DNA from: Rhina ancylostomus
Taxonomy: Eukaryota
Direction: 5' to 3'
Assembly: GCA_030265395.1 (NCBI GenBank)
Contig: JARFYF010000002.1
Span: 51,963,238-52,027,237 of the forward strand
DNA: 64,000 nucleotides
Shown here: positions 29,601 to 41,525 of the stretch, piece after piece
Layout of the letters: every line of letters starts with the position of its first letter
Numbering within the stretch: position 1 is the first letter of the stretch
Program-made: the position numbers and the translations under genes
The notes under the pieces: model-generated
The model's input: the letters and a program-made list of their open reading frames with translations, nothing else
Databases searched by the model: none
What the model was told of the DNA's origin: nothing

Positions 29601-30439
29601 TTTTACTAAAATAATTTACAAAACATGAATGGTTTGGGGAACTGAACGCATTGAGTTTGGAACACAACTAACCGAGATTCAGCTTCTTGCTGTAAATTAG
29701 TGGTGAGCCTAACGATAACTTTCAAATTTACAAAAAGCTACTTGAATTAGAGTGAGGAAGCAATTATTTAGCCAGTCAGTAATCTGGCACTGGCAATGTT
29801 CTTGTTAAACCAACTTCAAACAACGTGCCTTTTCAGAAGTATCCATCAAAGGGACATGATCTATAGCATATAACGTAATGGCAAAACGTTGTATTGGACA
29901 CACTTATTTGCCTTGGATTGGCTAATCGGTAATTATTCTTTTATTCCTATAATTATACTTCAATATCATTTATTTGAACTTATTCAATTTAGCTAAAGAC
30001 AACATATGAAAGCTATCTTGCGAGTTCATTACGTAACAACAAGAACCATATCTGACGAAAAACCCGGTATGACAAAGCATTCTGTAGTTTCGATTGTAAC
30101 TGTTGATGTTATAGGAATATATTACTAAGCAGTCTTCCCCAAACTTTTCCTTTGAAAGGGAGCCTTGCAGTGACGTGAGTGAGGATTGCATAAAGTAACA
30201 TTGTTCATGTATGTTAATCGGAAATTCATGTATTCGGTCAGAAGAGCGGTGCAACCGGATCTGAAAATTGTCAAGTCAGTTTGGTAACAACCACGAACGA
30301 CCAACCTCCTTACTCGCCCACACTCAACTGGAAGATCAGTGACCATTCCGCGCAGGGATTCAGAAGGACCTGCACATATTTTGATTGACGGACAACTTGT
30401 CCATTTACCAGATGAACCAGTCTTGAGATCCATTCTAAA

Positions 30440-30600
30440 TAAGAGCTCGTCCACCAATCGGAGTTGGGGAAGGGCGGTACGGGTCTACGCAAACGGACGA
30501 AGTTTACGTCAGAGCTTGAGCGCGGCATGCCGGGTATTGTGGTATAGTTCTCGGCGCCGGACGGTGTTGGCGACGCTGAACTACAATTCCCAGGGTCCGC
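30440..30600 (+). promoter_or_regulatory. SUPT3H: CpG-rich housekeeping-type promoter, probably of SUPT3H
   Basis: CCAAT at 30454-30458, GGGCGG at 30472-30477, CRE-like ttacgtca, ZNF143/SBS-type ACTACAATTCCCAG at 30580-30593, and an inverted SBS-like motif at 30524-30543. Confidence 0.7.
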
Positions 30601-30770
30601 TGCGAATTGCAGCTGCATGACGAGGGCCACGAAGTATTTGGTTGGGCACGCGTGAGGATCTGTCAAATCCGGAGCAGAGATTCAAAAGTGTGCGCACACT
30701 CGCGGTAGAGATACATCCCTTTCGTACGGGATAGTGTGCGTTTGCAAGGGGTTTCCTCATTAAAACGAAA
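30600..30770 (+). other. SUPT3H: Putative non-coding first exon of SUPT3H (5' end uncertain)
   Basis: Lies immediately downstream of the promoter motifs and ends at a consensus donor AAA|gtgagt (30771-30776). Orientation matches the SUPT3H coding exon. Confidence 0.5.
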
Positions 30771-31004
30771 GTGAGTAAAGCATTAGTCAATCACGGGTTT
30801 TGTGCCTCAGGCCTAAATTCTGACTTGTTCCTCCAGCAGTGTCATTGTTGCCCATAAACAAGTCTTACTGTTTCTTTCATGGACCACACGTGAACAGGTT
30901 TCAGATAAAACGTGTGTAAGACGGAACCAGTTGTCTGTTGCGCAATGAGTTGAGAATGAACTGCCACCGTTTATACCTCACACGGACGGGGAACAACCTC
31001 TGTT

Positions 31005-31390
31005 CCCGGGACCCCTCACGTGTTCCGCTGAGCACAGAACCGCACAACTCCATTGCATCCCAGGTGCCTGCACACGCACCTTTACCTCTTTTCCACTGAC
31101 CCCGTGTTCCTACACACACACAGGCCATCACTTTCCTGATTCCGCGGCATTCCTTGATCTTGCACGTGAACAGACCACCACTGATAGGAAATAGGAATTG
31201 GTCCTCCGCCGTACACCGTGTTCCTGCACATTACACGCCACCCCTTCCTTTCTTCGATTGCACCTTGTGTTTCTTCACATGCACAGACCACTACCTCCCT
31301 AATGCCGCTGCACCCCGTGTTCCTACACATGTGCAGACCACTGCTGCCCAGAACTCACTGAATCCTGAATTCCTGCATATGCAGTGAACA
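31005..31390. repeat. Degenerate tandem repeat, roughly 45-55-bp spacing
   Basis: The core cc(c)gtgttcct(a/g)cacat..(cagaccac) recurs near 31015, 31100, 31215, 31262, 31312 and 31365. Confidence 0.55.
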
Positions 31391-32099
31391 CCCCTTCCCT
31401 GAATCCAGTGCAGAACATACGCTCTCCTCACCTTTCCAGTGTAGTGTTACACGTGTGTGGAAGCCCTGTCATCTGCATCCACTGTTGCCTGTGTTTTTAT
31501 GCATGCACACAGTGTGTTGTGTTCAGTGGGCCAGTGTTTCTGTATGTGCACAGAGTGCTTCCTTCTCCCCTCATCCTTTCTAACAATTATATTTCTGCAT
31601 GGAGAGTGTCCTCCAGTGCAATGAATATTCTTTCTATTGCTGTCAGTGTTGGTTATCTTGTTCCTCTGTGTCTTACCTATTTAGTGCAGTTTTACGTGAA
31701 AGTAAGCAAGTAACCTGAATATATTTAGTGTTATCATTTAAACTGCCTGCAAAGANNNNNNNNNNNNNNNNNNNNNNNNNNNNNNNNNNNNNNNNNNNNN
31801 NNNNNNNNNNNNNNNNNNNNNNNNNNNNNNNNNNNNNNTACCACATGTATACAGTTGCAAACTTAAGACTGTGGTGTTATTAATTTCTTTTACTCTTTCT
31901 TTCAAGCCTGCTTTTTCTGCCACAGTGCTAAATGCTACGGAGGGTTGAGTATTGAAGCAGTATGTTCATTAATGGATTTTGGTACTCTTTGATAAAATAT
32001 AGTCCAAGTACAAGCAGTTTACAATGCTACAACCATTATTAAGGCTAACCAAGATATGACGATGTAAACTGATACAGTGAGCAGGCATGACTTCATGGG

Positions 32100-32380
32100 G
32101 ATTAGACTGTATGATGTTTAAGTTAGTGGACCAGTGTTCTGGATCGTTGATCCAATGACATGAGTTCGAATTGAACCAGCTGCAAAATTTAAATTAAGGA
32201 AAAATCTGAAGTAAAATAAAATCTGGAATTTAAAAGGAAACTAGCCTTATTAACAGCAAATAATTGGATTGCTGTGAAAACCTCTCTGGTTCATCAAGGC
32301 CCTTCAAGGAAGGAAATCTGCCATCCTTAATTGGTCTGGCTTGCAAATGACTCTAGACCAACCAAATGGTTGATGCCTGG
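32100..32380 (+). mobile_element. Old elasmobranch tRNA-derived SINE
   Basis: catgagttcgaatt ... aaatctggaatt ... ctggttcatcaaggcccttcaaggaaggaaatctgccatcctt ... tgactctagacc. Confidence 0.65.
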
Positions 32381-32699
32381 GAACCGAAAAACCAGTTTTA
32401 AAAAGGTTAAATGAAAAATAGATATTTAGAATATTATTTTAGATGAACTTGTGGAAGTAGAACATGGGGACGTGACATTAAACCAGGAAAGATAATTTTC
32501 CTATTTGCAAAAACCCTTCTTGAAGTGAGAGATAGATACCTGAAATGAACTTCTATGTCTGATGGTATGGATGCCCTAGATATATTTAAGAATCAATTTC
32601 AGGTGCCTTTGGATAGGAATGCAGTGTCAGCTGTAGTTCATTTTGTATGTTTTGAGTTAGAAAGTTGTAATTTAAAGCCTTGAAGGATTTTGACACAAA

Positions 32700-33035
32700 A
32701 ATAGAGTCCCAGACAGTACTGAAGGAGTGCTAGATTGTTGGGGGTTATTGAATTGTTCCATTAATAAGCCTCTTTTTAGGCCAAGATGTTATACCGATGC
32801 TTTGCTTTGCTTCTCATAGGACTATTTTGAAGAAGAGCAAAGGAGTTATCCCATAACTTGGTTGATATTATTAATGGTTATCCCTAAATCAATTTCTCAA
32901 AAACAAGTTATCTTGTCCTGAGAGCTTGCTGTGTGCAAATTGCACAGTGATAGTGCTGCAAGAGTAATTAATTAGATAGTAAAGCTCTTTTGGTTGTTTT
33001 GAGGTCATGAAAGAAGCTGTAAAAATGCAACTTTT
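32700..33035 (+). mobile_element. Deu-domain SINE (SacSINE1-like)
   Basis: cagtactgaaggagtgct ... actattttgaagaagagcaaaggagttatcc ... gagcttgctgtgtgcaaattg ... tgaggtcatgaaagaagctgtaaaaatgcaa. Confidence 0.7.
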
Positions 33036-36000
33036 GTTGTTTTAAATGATCTTCATCCATACTTGTAATGTTTGATAACTGAAATGGGAAGTTAATAATT
33101 CCACTAAGATATGCAAAATAAGACTTGAAAAATGATGTAATAATTTTTAAAGCAGTGTAAAGATTAAGTTGTCAATATAGGAAGAGAGTACTTGGGTAAA
33201 GATGTTGATATTGTGTTTGAGTGAAGGATTGGTGTGAAAGGTTCATTTTTTTCCTAAGTTTTTACAAAGGAAGATAAGTATTTGACAGAAAATATCCACA
33301 GAAAATGTGAAAATGTGACAGAAATAAATATTCAATAGAACTCAATTTAAAAAGTTAAATAGATTAGAAAAAGGTGATGAGTACTTGGGAATAATAAATA
33401 AAAAGATTTGTACTCTGAACCAATCTAAGTCTAAGTAATCCATGTTAGATACCAAGTATTGTTTCCCTTAATAAGTCTCAGTGATTTAACTAATCCTACT
33501 TTTCCACTGAACATTTGTGATTTACATTGGAGAGTCCAGGGGAATGGGATTAGAGTGGTTAAAGAGTTTGCAATGACTTAAATGTATCGATTGAAAGGCC
33601 ACCTTCTGTGTTTGTAAACTACCTGACAGTTTTATCATGTTTTAATCACAATTGCTTTTTATCTATTTATCTGTAATGATGTTTTGGCTTTGCAGTAGGC
33701 TGCATATTTCCTATGGTTAAGAGGCCAACAAACCCTGTTCAGCCTTCAGTTGGCTGCCATATGGTCCATTATATCAATTCCATCACAGCGAATGGACCTG
33801 TACGTTCACCTGGGCATTCCCCTACGTGATTGGGATTGGAAATGAGAATTAAGTGGGGAAAGGGATGAGACGATAACTACCAATCCTCCATTCTTTTTCC
33901 CTGCCCTATTATTTTTCTAATTTGTACTTGCTTACCTTGTGTCAAGCATTAATTCAAAAACAATTTATTTTGTCAAACCATGGTGATTTAACCACTATTT
34001 AAAATTGAGGTAGACTGAATAATCTGTAAATTTACTGCTTTGTCTACCCATAATCTCTCCTTTGGGCATTAATTGTATATGGGTCATCTTATGCTATTTA
34101 ATTCTACAGAAGCTATCAATTTCTTTTAAATTTTCCTCATTTTAATTACATGTTTGTCTGTTAACTGAGGAAAATGTCATTTTAAGACCATTTCAGCAGG
34201 GGAAGGAATAACCTAGTGTTAAAGACTAATTATGTGCATACAGTTTTAAAATTGCTTGTATTTCACAAAATTCAAAAATCACTAGTTTATAACTACATTA
34301 ATTCTTAGTGTTCAGAGAAACAGATAAATATTTTACCAAAATCAATTTTTGAGATTAATAGTAGTTTATTAGAGACAAAAACATTTTATGATGGACTGTT
34401 AGGAGAAAAACTGACCTGATGGATCAGTGAGCACCTTCCAGTTAAACATGCAGGAAGCTTTGTGTGTCGGCTTTTTTGAGAGGAGGCTCTGGATGTTTGT
34501 GTCTGAAAGGGGTGAAAATTACATTAAAATATGAATTTTGAAGGTCTGTTTTATTGTTTTCAGATTACAAAGGAAACAGACAAGTTCTGTGGAGTGTAGC
34601 AGTTTGAAAAAAATCGAATATATAATTCCTAATATGAGTTCTTTGGTTGGAGGTTTCAAGTTCTTTAAGATTAGGAACAACTGAGTGTGACCATTTCTTT
34701 TCAGAGTTGTTATTTTAGTTTTCAAGCTTCATGCCAATAATTTTTATTAATGCATTTCTGATGCCTTAATTGTTTTGCAGCAATTTTGTCCAATGCTTGC
34801 AAACAGTTATAGGGCATCAAGATTTCTGGCAGTTTATAAAAACTTGCTTTGTGTTAATCAAGATCAAGGCATTAGATCAAACCATAGGAAAATACAGAAA
34901 GTCCATATCACTTTTATTGCCATGCTTTGAACTGTATTTTTTGGAAGCTAGCATGTTAAAAATTAAGAATGAAATGAATTGTACTGCTGCAACTTTCTTT
35001 TGCCCAATTATTTTGTTGATATTTATTGTCAAATCGAAAGTACACTTTTAACAAAATGTGTTTTACTTTTACCCAAGAAAGTGATAGTGCACAGCAAAAT
35101 TCCAATTTTTTTTGTAGGCAACAGGTTTTAATGCTATCGAATGATTATTCTTGTGAAAATCTTTAAGATAAAAATTTGGATGACCTGTGGATATTTAAGC
35201 ATTCAGGCACAGCTTGTAGTTAGATGGATTCATTACATATGAAAATGCTATGATCCTAATTAAGCAAACTTGCTCTTTTTAATAGATGTTTATTATTTAG
35301 ACACTCAGAGCAGGAAAACAAAACTCTGGAGCAGCTTTACAGTTTGAAGATTGACAGCAAAACATTCTTTCAAATCTGCTGTTTGCTGATTGAATGAATG
35401 CTAAATGGTTACTGTTTTCATGTATAATGGGGGAGAAAGAAAATCTGATTCTGTTATATTGGGAATGTGGTTGCAACTGATGTGTGAGTATAAAAAATAA
35501 AATGCCCTAACACTGAGAGAGAATTAAAACTATGGCTGGAACTACACTATTGATAGTAATGGATCTTAGTGTGACAGTGGGTTTTGTAACTGTCTGGCTT
35601 CCATTGCACGGAATGATAGGTTGCTATGTTCTTAGCTTTCTATAATTATCTGCTTTAGAAGGATAAATTAGTTCTTGGAATTGTTGATGTTCGGAAGATG
35701 AGTTCACGATGAGCAGGTTTTGACACAATCAGTTCTGGTAAATAAACTTACAAAAAACTTTAGTGTGTTTACAGCCAAATCTGTTTTTTTTTCTTTACTA
35801 GCCTGAGAAATGTAACCAACCTTATTTTTACATAAAACCTTCACCCAAAAACCTTTGAAAGGCCTGGCACAAATTGAGAGCTGCCAGTGTGCTGTACAGC
35901 TGACTTCAGAAACCAAACGTAAAAGGTATTTTCTGTTTATTATAATTCCAGGAAGAGCAAAATGTAGTAAACAGTCATTAATTAAGTAAATGTAATTAGT

Positions 36001-36702
36001 TTTGGATGAATGAGTGAAAGATCTTGTTTTGGGGGGGGGGGGGTCAAAATGAGGTATTCATCTTCTGATTTTTGATGTTTCTTCCCTGCACGGTTTTTGG
36101 TAAGCCCTATAGTTTCTGCAACTTTGGCTGGGTGGTTTAATTGCACACTTTTCAGTTTTCTAGTACTAACTCCTGTTCTTTTCTCTTGAATGGAACCTTG
36201 CCATTCCACGGAAAATATTTTCTGTTCATGGATTCAGCGTGTTTGCAAAAAATTGGAATGAGGAGTACATCACATGGCCTGAGAGTTAGGATGTGGGTTT
36301 AAAGAGAAACTTCAGTGATTTGTGTTTGGTACCTTTAGGGATTAGGCAATGACATGAAAAAATAAACTTTTAAGAAACTGTTTTGGAAAGTAATATAAGC
36401 AAATCTGTGCTTTAATAAAGGAAAAATATAATTATTTTGAGGGAATTGTGCACTTGGTTTTCAGAGTCACTTTTTTTCTAACTTGGTCTTTTTTTTTGCT
36501 TTCTCTTCTGTCTGTTCCTTGAAGCATGGCTCCAATATTGTTTATTTCCATCTTTAACTAAGCCACCAGTTTGCAAACATGTCTGTGTGTGTGTGTATTT
36601 GTNNNNNNNNNNNNNNNNNNNNNNNNNNNNNNNNNNNNNNNNNNNNNNNNNNNNNNNNNNNNNNNNNNNNNNNNNNNNNNNNNNNNNNNNNNNNNNNNNN
36701 NN

Positions 36703-36704
<2 letters not shown>

Positions 36705-36741
<37 letters not shown>

Positions 36742-36761
36742 GCTCGCTCTCTCTCTCTCGG

Positions 36762-36816
<55 letters not shown>

Positions 36817-36860
36817 CTCTCTCTCTGTGTCTCTCTGTGTCTCTCTCTCACACACACACT
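36705..36860. repeat. (CT)n/(CA)n compound microsatellite next to an assembly gap
   Basis: Seen directly; it explains the low-complexity ER/SL ORFs in the track. Confidence 0.97.
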
Positions 36861-38167
36861 ATTGTGGTATTCCTTTTCCCCTTCAAGGTAGCACTTCATA
36901 TGGAGGATTTTTTTCTTTTCCTGCTGAGTTTGACTAATTGGTACAGACCCTCTCTCTCTGGATCATCTACTGGCTGTTTACTCTCCTTTATTTCTCTGTT
37001 ATTTAACTTTCAGGAACAAATTCAGATTCCATATGCTGATAGCTCCTCATTCTACCTCATCTCTCAAGCCTACAAAGCATCTCTGTGTTATCAGGTTGGC
37101 CATTTGGCATTAGATTGTACGTTAGACCAAAATTTGAATGTTGACAATGGATGTAAATATGAGCCAATCACAAAGTTGTGCTGAAATTTTTTTGTTCTCC
37201 TGAAGAAGCTTATGCATAATTGATTTATCTTTTTTATTTAGAAACATTGCTGTACGTGAATTTCTTCACTCTTGAATTATGTTTGCTGAAGCCAGCTTGT
37301 TATTTGTGAAGCAAAAGAGCCATTTTTATTCGGCTGCCTTGTTGCCAGTGTTGTTTCCTACGTCTTTTGAATGTATTTTTATGGTCTCAATCTTTTGCAT
37401 TAGAAAGAGAAGCTTGCCAATTGCATTTTCATAATTATACTGTTGTCAATGTAATTTTAGACTTGAGTTTTTAGAATGTCCTCTCCAAACATCAAGATAA
37501 GCAGGTCATAAATTCTGGCTTTCCTGGGCCCTGATTGTTTATTACTGATCTCCACAAGCTCCAAGCTAGCTTTTACATTTGTGCTTCTTAGGAAATATAG
37601 GTGTAAATTGAAATTAGCAAGATTGAATTTCAGTCTAGCATTTTAATGGCAATATATTGCCTGATATTTTGAAGTGTGAAGTTTGGGCAGACAGGGATGA
37701 AAGGATTGTGTCCAGTCTCTTGGTCTGGGAAGTTATAATTTATACAGGTGCTAGTAGTATGCAATTTGTGTTCATAATGATGACAAAACTGTCGGCGTTC
37801 ATCTTCGTAACACTGTAATACTGAGGGTTATCTGCAGAATTGACTNNNNNNNNNNNNNNNNNNNNNNNNNNNNNNNNNNNNNNNNNNNNNNNNNNNNNNN
37901 NNNNNNNNNNNNNNNNNNNNNNNNNNNNNNNNNNNNNNNNNNNNNACTGAGGGGTATCTGCAGAATTGACTTGTATTGTTAAAACATGGAAATCAAGAAG
38001 TTGCAAATATGATTCCTTGTTCCTTCCCAGAATCCTTTCTGGGGATACCTTCAGAAATCAGTAAACTGAGAGGAACTTAGAGTTTTTATAAGACAGTCCC
38101 ACTGTTTTTAAAAAAAATCCCTCACCTTTGAGGTGTAGGAGACATCTTACTAGTCTACTGAGCTGTA

Positions 38168-38400
38168 ATAAAAACAGAGAATATTCAAAATGCTTAGCAG
38201 AGCAGGTAGCATCAAAAGAGAGAGGAAAACAAGTTAATGTTTCAGATTGATGGTCTCTAATGAGAAAATCTTTCATCGTAAGTGCTGATGAGGGGCTGCC
38301 AACCTGAAATATTAACTTTGTTTCTGACACTGCAGGTATTGATTGGCCTGCTGTGATTTTCCTGAATTTTATATTTTTATTTTAGAATTTCAGCATCTGC
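38168..38400. repeat. Inverted-repeat Penelope-terminus element with a decayed hammerhead motif
   Basis: Arms gaaaacaagttaatgtttcagattg and caacctgaaatattaactttgtttc; CTGATGA at 38285-38291 and GAAA at 38306-38309. Confidence 0.6.
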
Positions 38401-39689
38401 ATGATCTTGCATATACACTGAATTATAGCTACTATTTAATAATCTCAGTAACCCCAAAAGAAAAACTGACGTGTGGATTGTCATTCAACAGAAAAGTATT
38501 TCAATGTTCAGTTGAAGTTCAAAAATGTGAATATTTTATACTTTGAAGTTCATTGTATAACAACTCCTGCCTTAATCTCAGGTGTGTGTTCCAATCTTCA
38601 TTCTGTGCCTTAAAAAAGTTTTAAACTTTTTATTTTAGTTGCATTTGAGTAGCTGTTCAGAATTGACAGTGTTATTGGGCTCAATCTACCAACCATTCAA
38701 TAATAAAAACAGTTTGTTATGGTAAAGACATCTCTCAGAATTTTTGAGTTAAATTAGGTTAGTCTGTGATACTTAATGCTATTTCTGGATGTGACTAACA
38801 TTGCTAAATTAAAATTTGTTACCATTGAACTATGAACATGCAGTGGAATGGATTTGGAAAATATAAATTCCTTGCTTGTACAGCAATTTTTTTCTGTAAC
38901 TTGTATTTCCCTTCAAGCTACTCTTTTTTTAGAAAGTGAAGGATTAGATTTACTTAATGCATGTGAGTTCCTTTAGTAACAATTTTTAACATTTCTGTGG
39001 TTGAAGGCAAGTTGTTATAATTGCAGGGTTTTTTTGAGTGTTAGTTATGTTGTGATTGTATATCATGTCATGTAAATGGGTTGACTAGTAAATTTGAAGG
39101 TACAGTTATAATTAAGAGTTGTGTATTGTTAAATACTTTTTCTTAGTAATTAGCAATGATTAAGACATTCAACACCTGAGAGAGGCTATACCAATTTGCT
39201 TCCCATACCATTTCAGTCAGGCTAGAAGTTAGTAAAATGAGCTAGTAATCTCTAGTATTAAGATATTTCAAAGTAATTTCTAATAGTTTATTAGTATTTA
39301 TTTCACACCTAAATTATTGAATGCCATTGTCATTTATCTTAACATGTATGTAGCATTTTACAAGCTGAAAGGCAGTATTAAGAAGCATTTGCAATCTCAG
39401 TAAGCATTTTAATATTGAAACTTTGTGTGGCAACTTGGCTACGTAAATTTGTTTTCAGTTCTTATTACTATATCAGATATATCCATCCTCTTCTCTTTAT
39501 ATTTGCACGTGAGGAGTGTTTTTTTTATCAGAGATGATGCATTCAATTACTAACTTCCAGGAAATTTGTCTTTTCCAAACTCCATTGCATTAATGAACTA
39601 TGCAGTTTAACACTACCAAAAATGAAATATTTATTTATTTATTTACAAACTTAAGTAAAATTATGAATGTAGTAAAATGTTCATAATGG

Positions 39690-39845
39690 AGGGTGGCACA
39701 GACAGTTTTGTTGCTTCACAGCTCCAGGGACCTTGTTTGCATGCGTGGATTTCCTTGGGGTGCTACATTTTCCTCCCACATTGCAAAGGTCTGTTGGTAG
39801 ATTAAATGGCTATTGTATAAATTACCCCTTATTATAGATAGGTGA
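39690..39845 (+). mobile_element. Older, internally deleted V-SINE
   Basis: gggtggcacag ... tgcttcacagctccagggacc ... tgcgtggatttccttggggtgct...ttcctcccacat. Confidence 0.6.
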
Positions 39846-40199
39846 CAAAAAAGGTCAGGAAGGGGAAATCTGCACCAATACACTCATTTCTTAGATCAAA
39901 TGATTTCTTTTTCACTTTGTCCTGCTCAAAGAGGTAGCTATGGGAACTTGCATAAGTCCAAGGTAGCGTATGCTTGTCTTTTTGTGGGCTATGTGGAAAA
40001 ATTTTTGTTTCAGCCTTGCTTAGGCCTCTTTCCTTAACTCTTTTCCTGATACATTGATGATGCACATTGATGCTCTTGATGCATTGATGTACATTGATGC
40101 TCTTTCTTGCAATCTTACAAAATTTGAAATGTTATAATCTTTGTTACAGACTTCCACTCTGCTCTCATTTTCACTTGGTCCATTGCTGATTTTTCCCTT

Positions 40200-41525
40200 C
40201 CCTTTCTGGATTTCTCTGCTTCCACCTCAGGGGATAGTCTAGTGACAAACATCAATTACTAGCTTACAGACTCCCACAACTATCTTGACTATACTATGTC
40301 CCACCCTGCCTCTTGTAAGGACTGCATTCCATTTTCCCAGTTCCCCCATCTCTGTCATATTTGCTCCAATGACGAGACTTTCCATGCAGGAGCCTCTGAG
40401 ATGTCTCCCTTTTTTCTAACCCGTGACTTCCCATCTATCAAAGTTGATAGAGCCTTTGATGTATCTCATCTATTTCCTGCACCTCTGCTCTAACCCCATC
40501 ACCTTCTGGACAGATCAAGGATGGAGTTCTTCTGAACTTCACATTGGACCCCACCACTCTCCGCATTCATCTGATGACCTTCTGCAGCTTCAACAAGATT
40601 CCACCACCAGATGTGGCTTATGACCTTATGCAGCTTCCGCCACCTTCAACAATATTCCACCACTGGGTGTCTTCCCCTCCCTTATCAGCCTTTCAAAGAG
40701 ACTATTCCCTCTGTAATCTCATGGCATTTAGCTATGTAACTGCTGAAGATGCAGCACCTGTCCTATTATTTCTTTCATTCCCACCATCCATGTATCCTAA
40801 AAGCCCTTCCATGTGAAGCAGCAATTCACTAGGACTTCTTACAATCTAGAGTACTGGCATTCAGTGTTAATAATGTTTTTTTTCTACATTGAGAATCCAA
40901 ATGCAGATTGGGTGACTGCTGTATGGAGCATCTGTACTGCAGGGCTGACGTTGACCTTTCTTTTGCTTTAATTCTCCAGCTCACTCCTGTTCTGACCTCT
41001 GTTTTTTGCCTCCAGCACTTTTGTAATGAGGCCTGTGTCAGCTTGAGGAACAGCACTTCATCTTCCATCTGGTCATGTTATAGCCTTCTGGTCTTTATGC
41101 TGAATGCTCCAACTTCTGAGGACTTAATTACTCTGTACGTATCAGAACTAGATAGCTCTGCTGTAGGTCATCAATTTGTAACATTGGTTCAGCTTTTGTT
41201 TCCCCATTAGTATAGTTTGACCTGCTGGACATTTCCTGCAGCTCTGCCTTTTGCATCTTTTTCATTTCTTTGTGTTCTTTCACCAATGGCCCTCAATAAC
41301 CTCTCAAGCATTTGACTTCATCTGCAGCTGTTCTGATCTCACTGTATCAAAGATAGTCACTTTGTCCTATCTTTTCTTCCCCCTACCCTTTCTACAACTT
41401 TTAATTGTTTTCTCTTTCTCCCAGTTATGACAAAGTTTCTTTGACCTTGAATATTAATTCTGTTTGTCTTTCTACTGATGCTGTCTGATCTTCTGAGTGT
41501 TTCGAGCATTTTCTGTTTTTATTGA
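40200..41525 (+). mobile_element. Decayed Penelope-like retroelement (RT C-terminus, GIY-YIG endonuclease remnant, terminal repeat)
   Basis: TDSHNYLDYTMSHPASCKDCIPFSQFPHLCHICSNDETFHAGASEMS, a later ESKCRLGDCCMEHL remnant (GETKRRLGDRFAEH-like), and a terminal segment gatgctgtctgatcttctgagtgtttcgagc. Confidence 0.8.

Noticed and set aside
30125-30790. Several overlapping 69-118 aa ORFs in the CpG-rich region
   Set aside because: No recognisable protein similarity; such ORFs are expected from stop-codon scarcity in GC-richer promoter DNA.
36478-37184. Long ER-repeat and SL-repeat ORFs
   Set aside because: These are translations of a (CT)n microsatellite and an N gap.
40050-40105. Short cattgatg iterations, and similar micro-duplications near 17450, 19240 and 62420
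   Set aside because: Ordinary slippage or local duplication with no sign of function.
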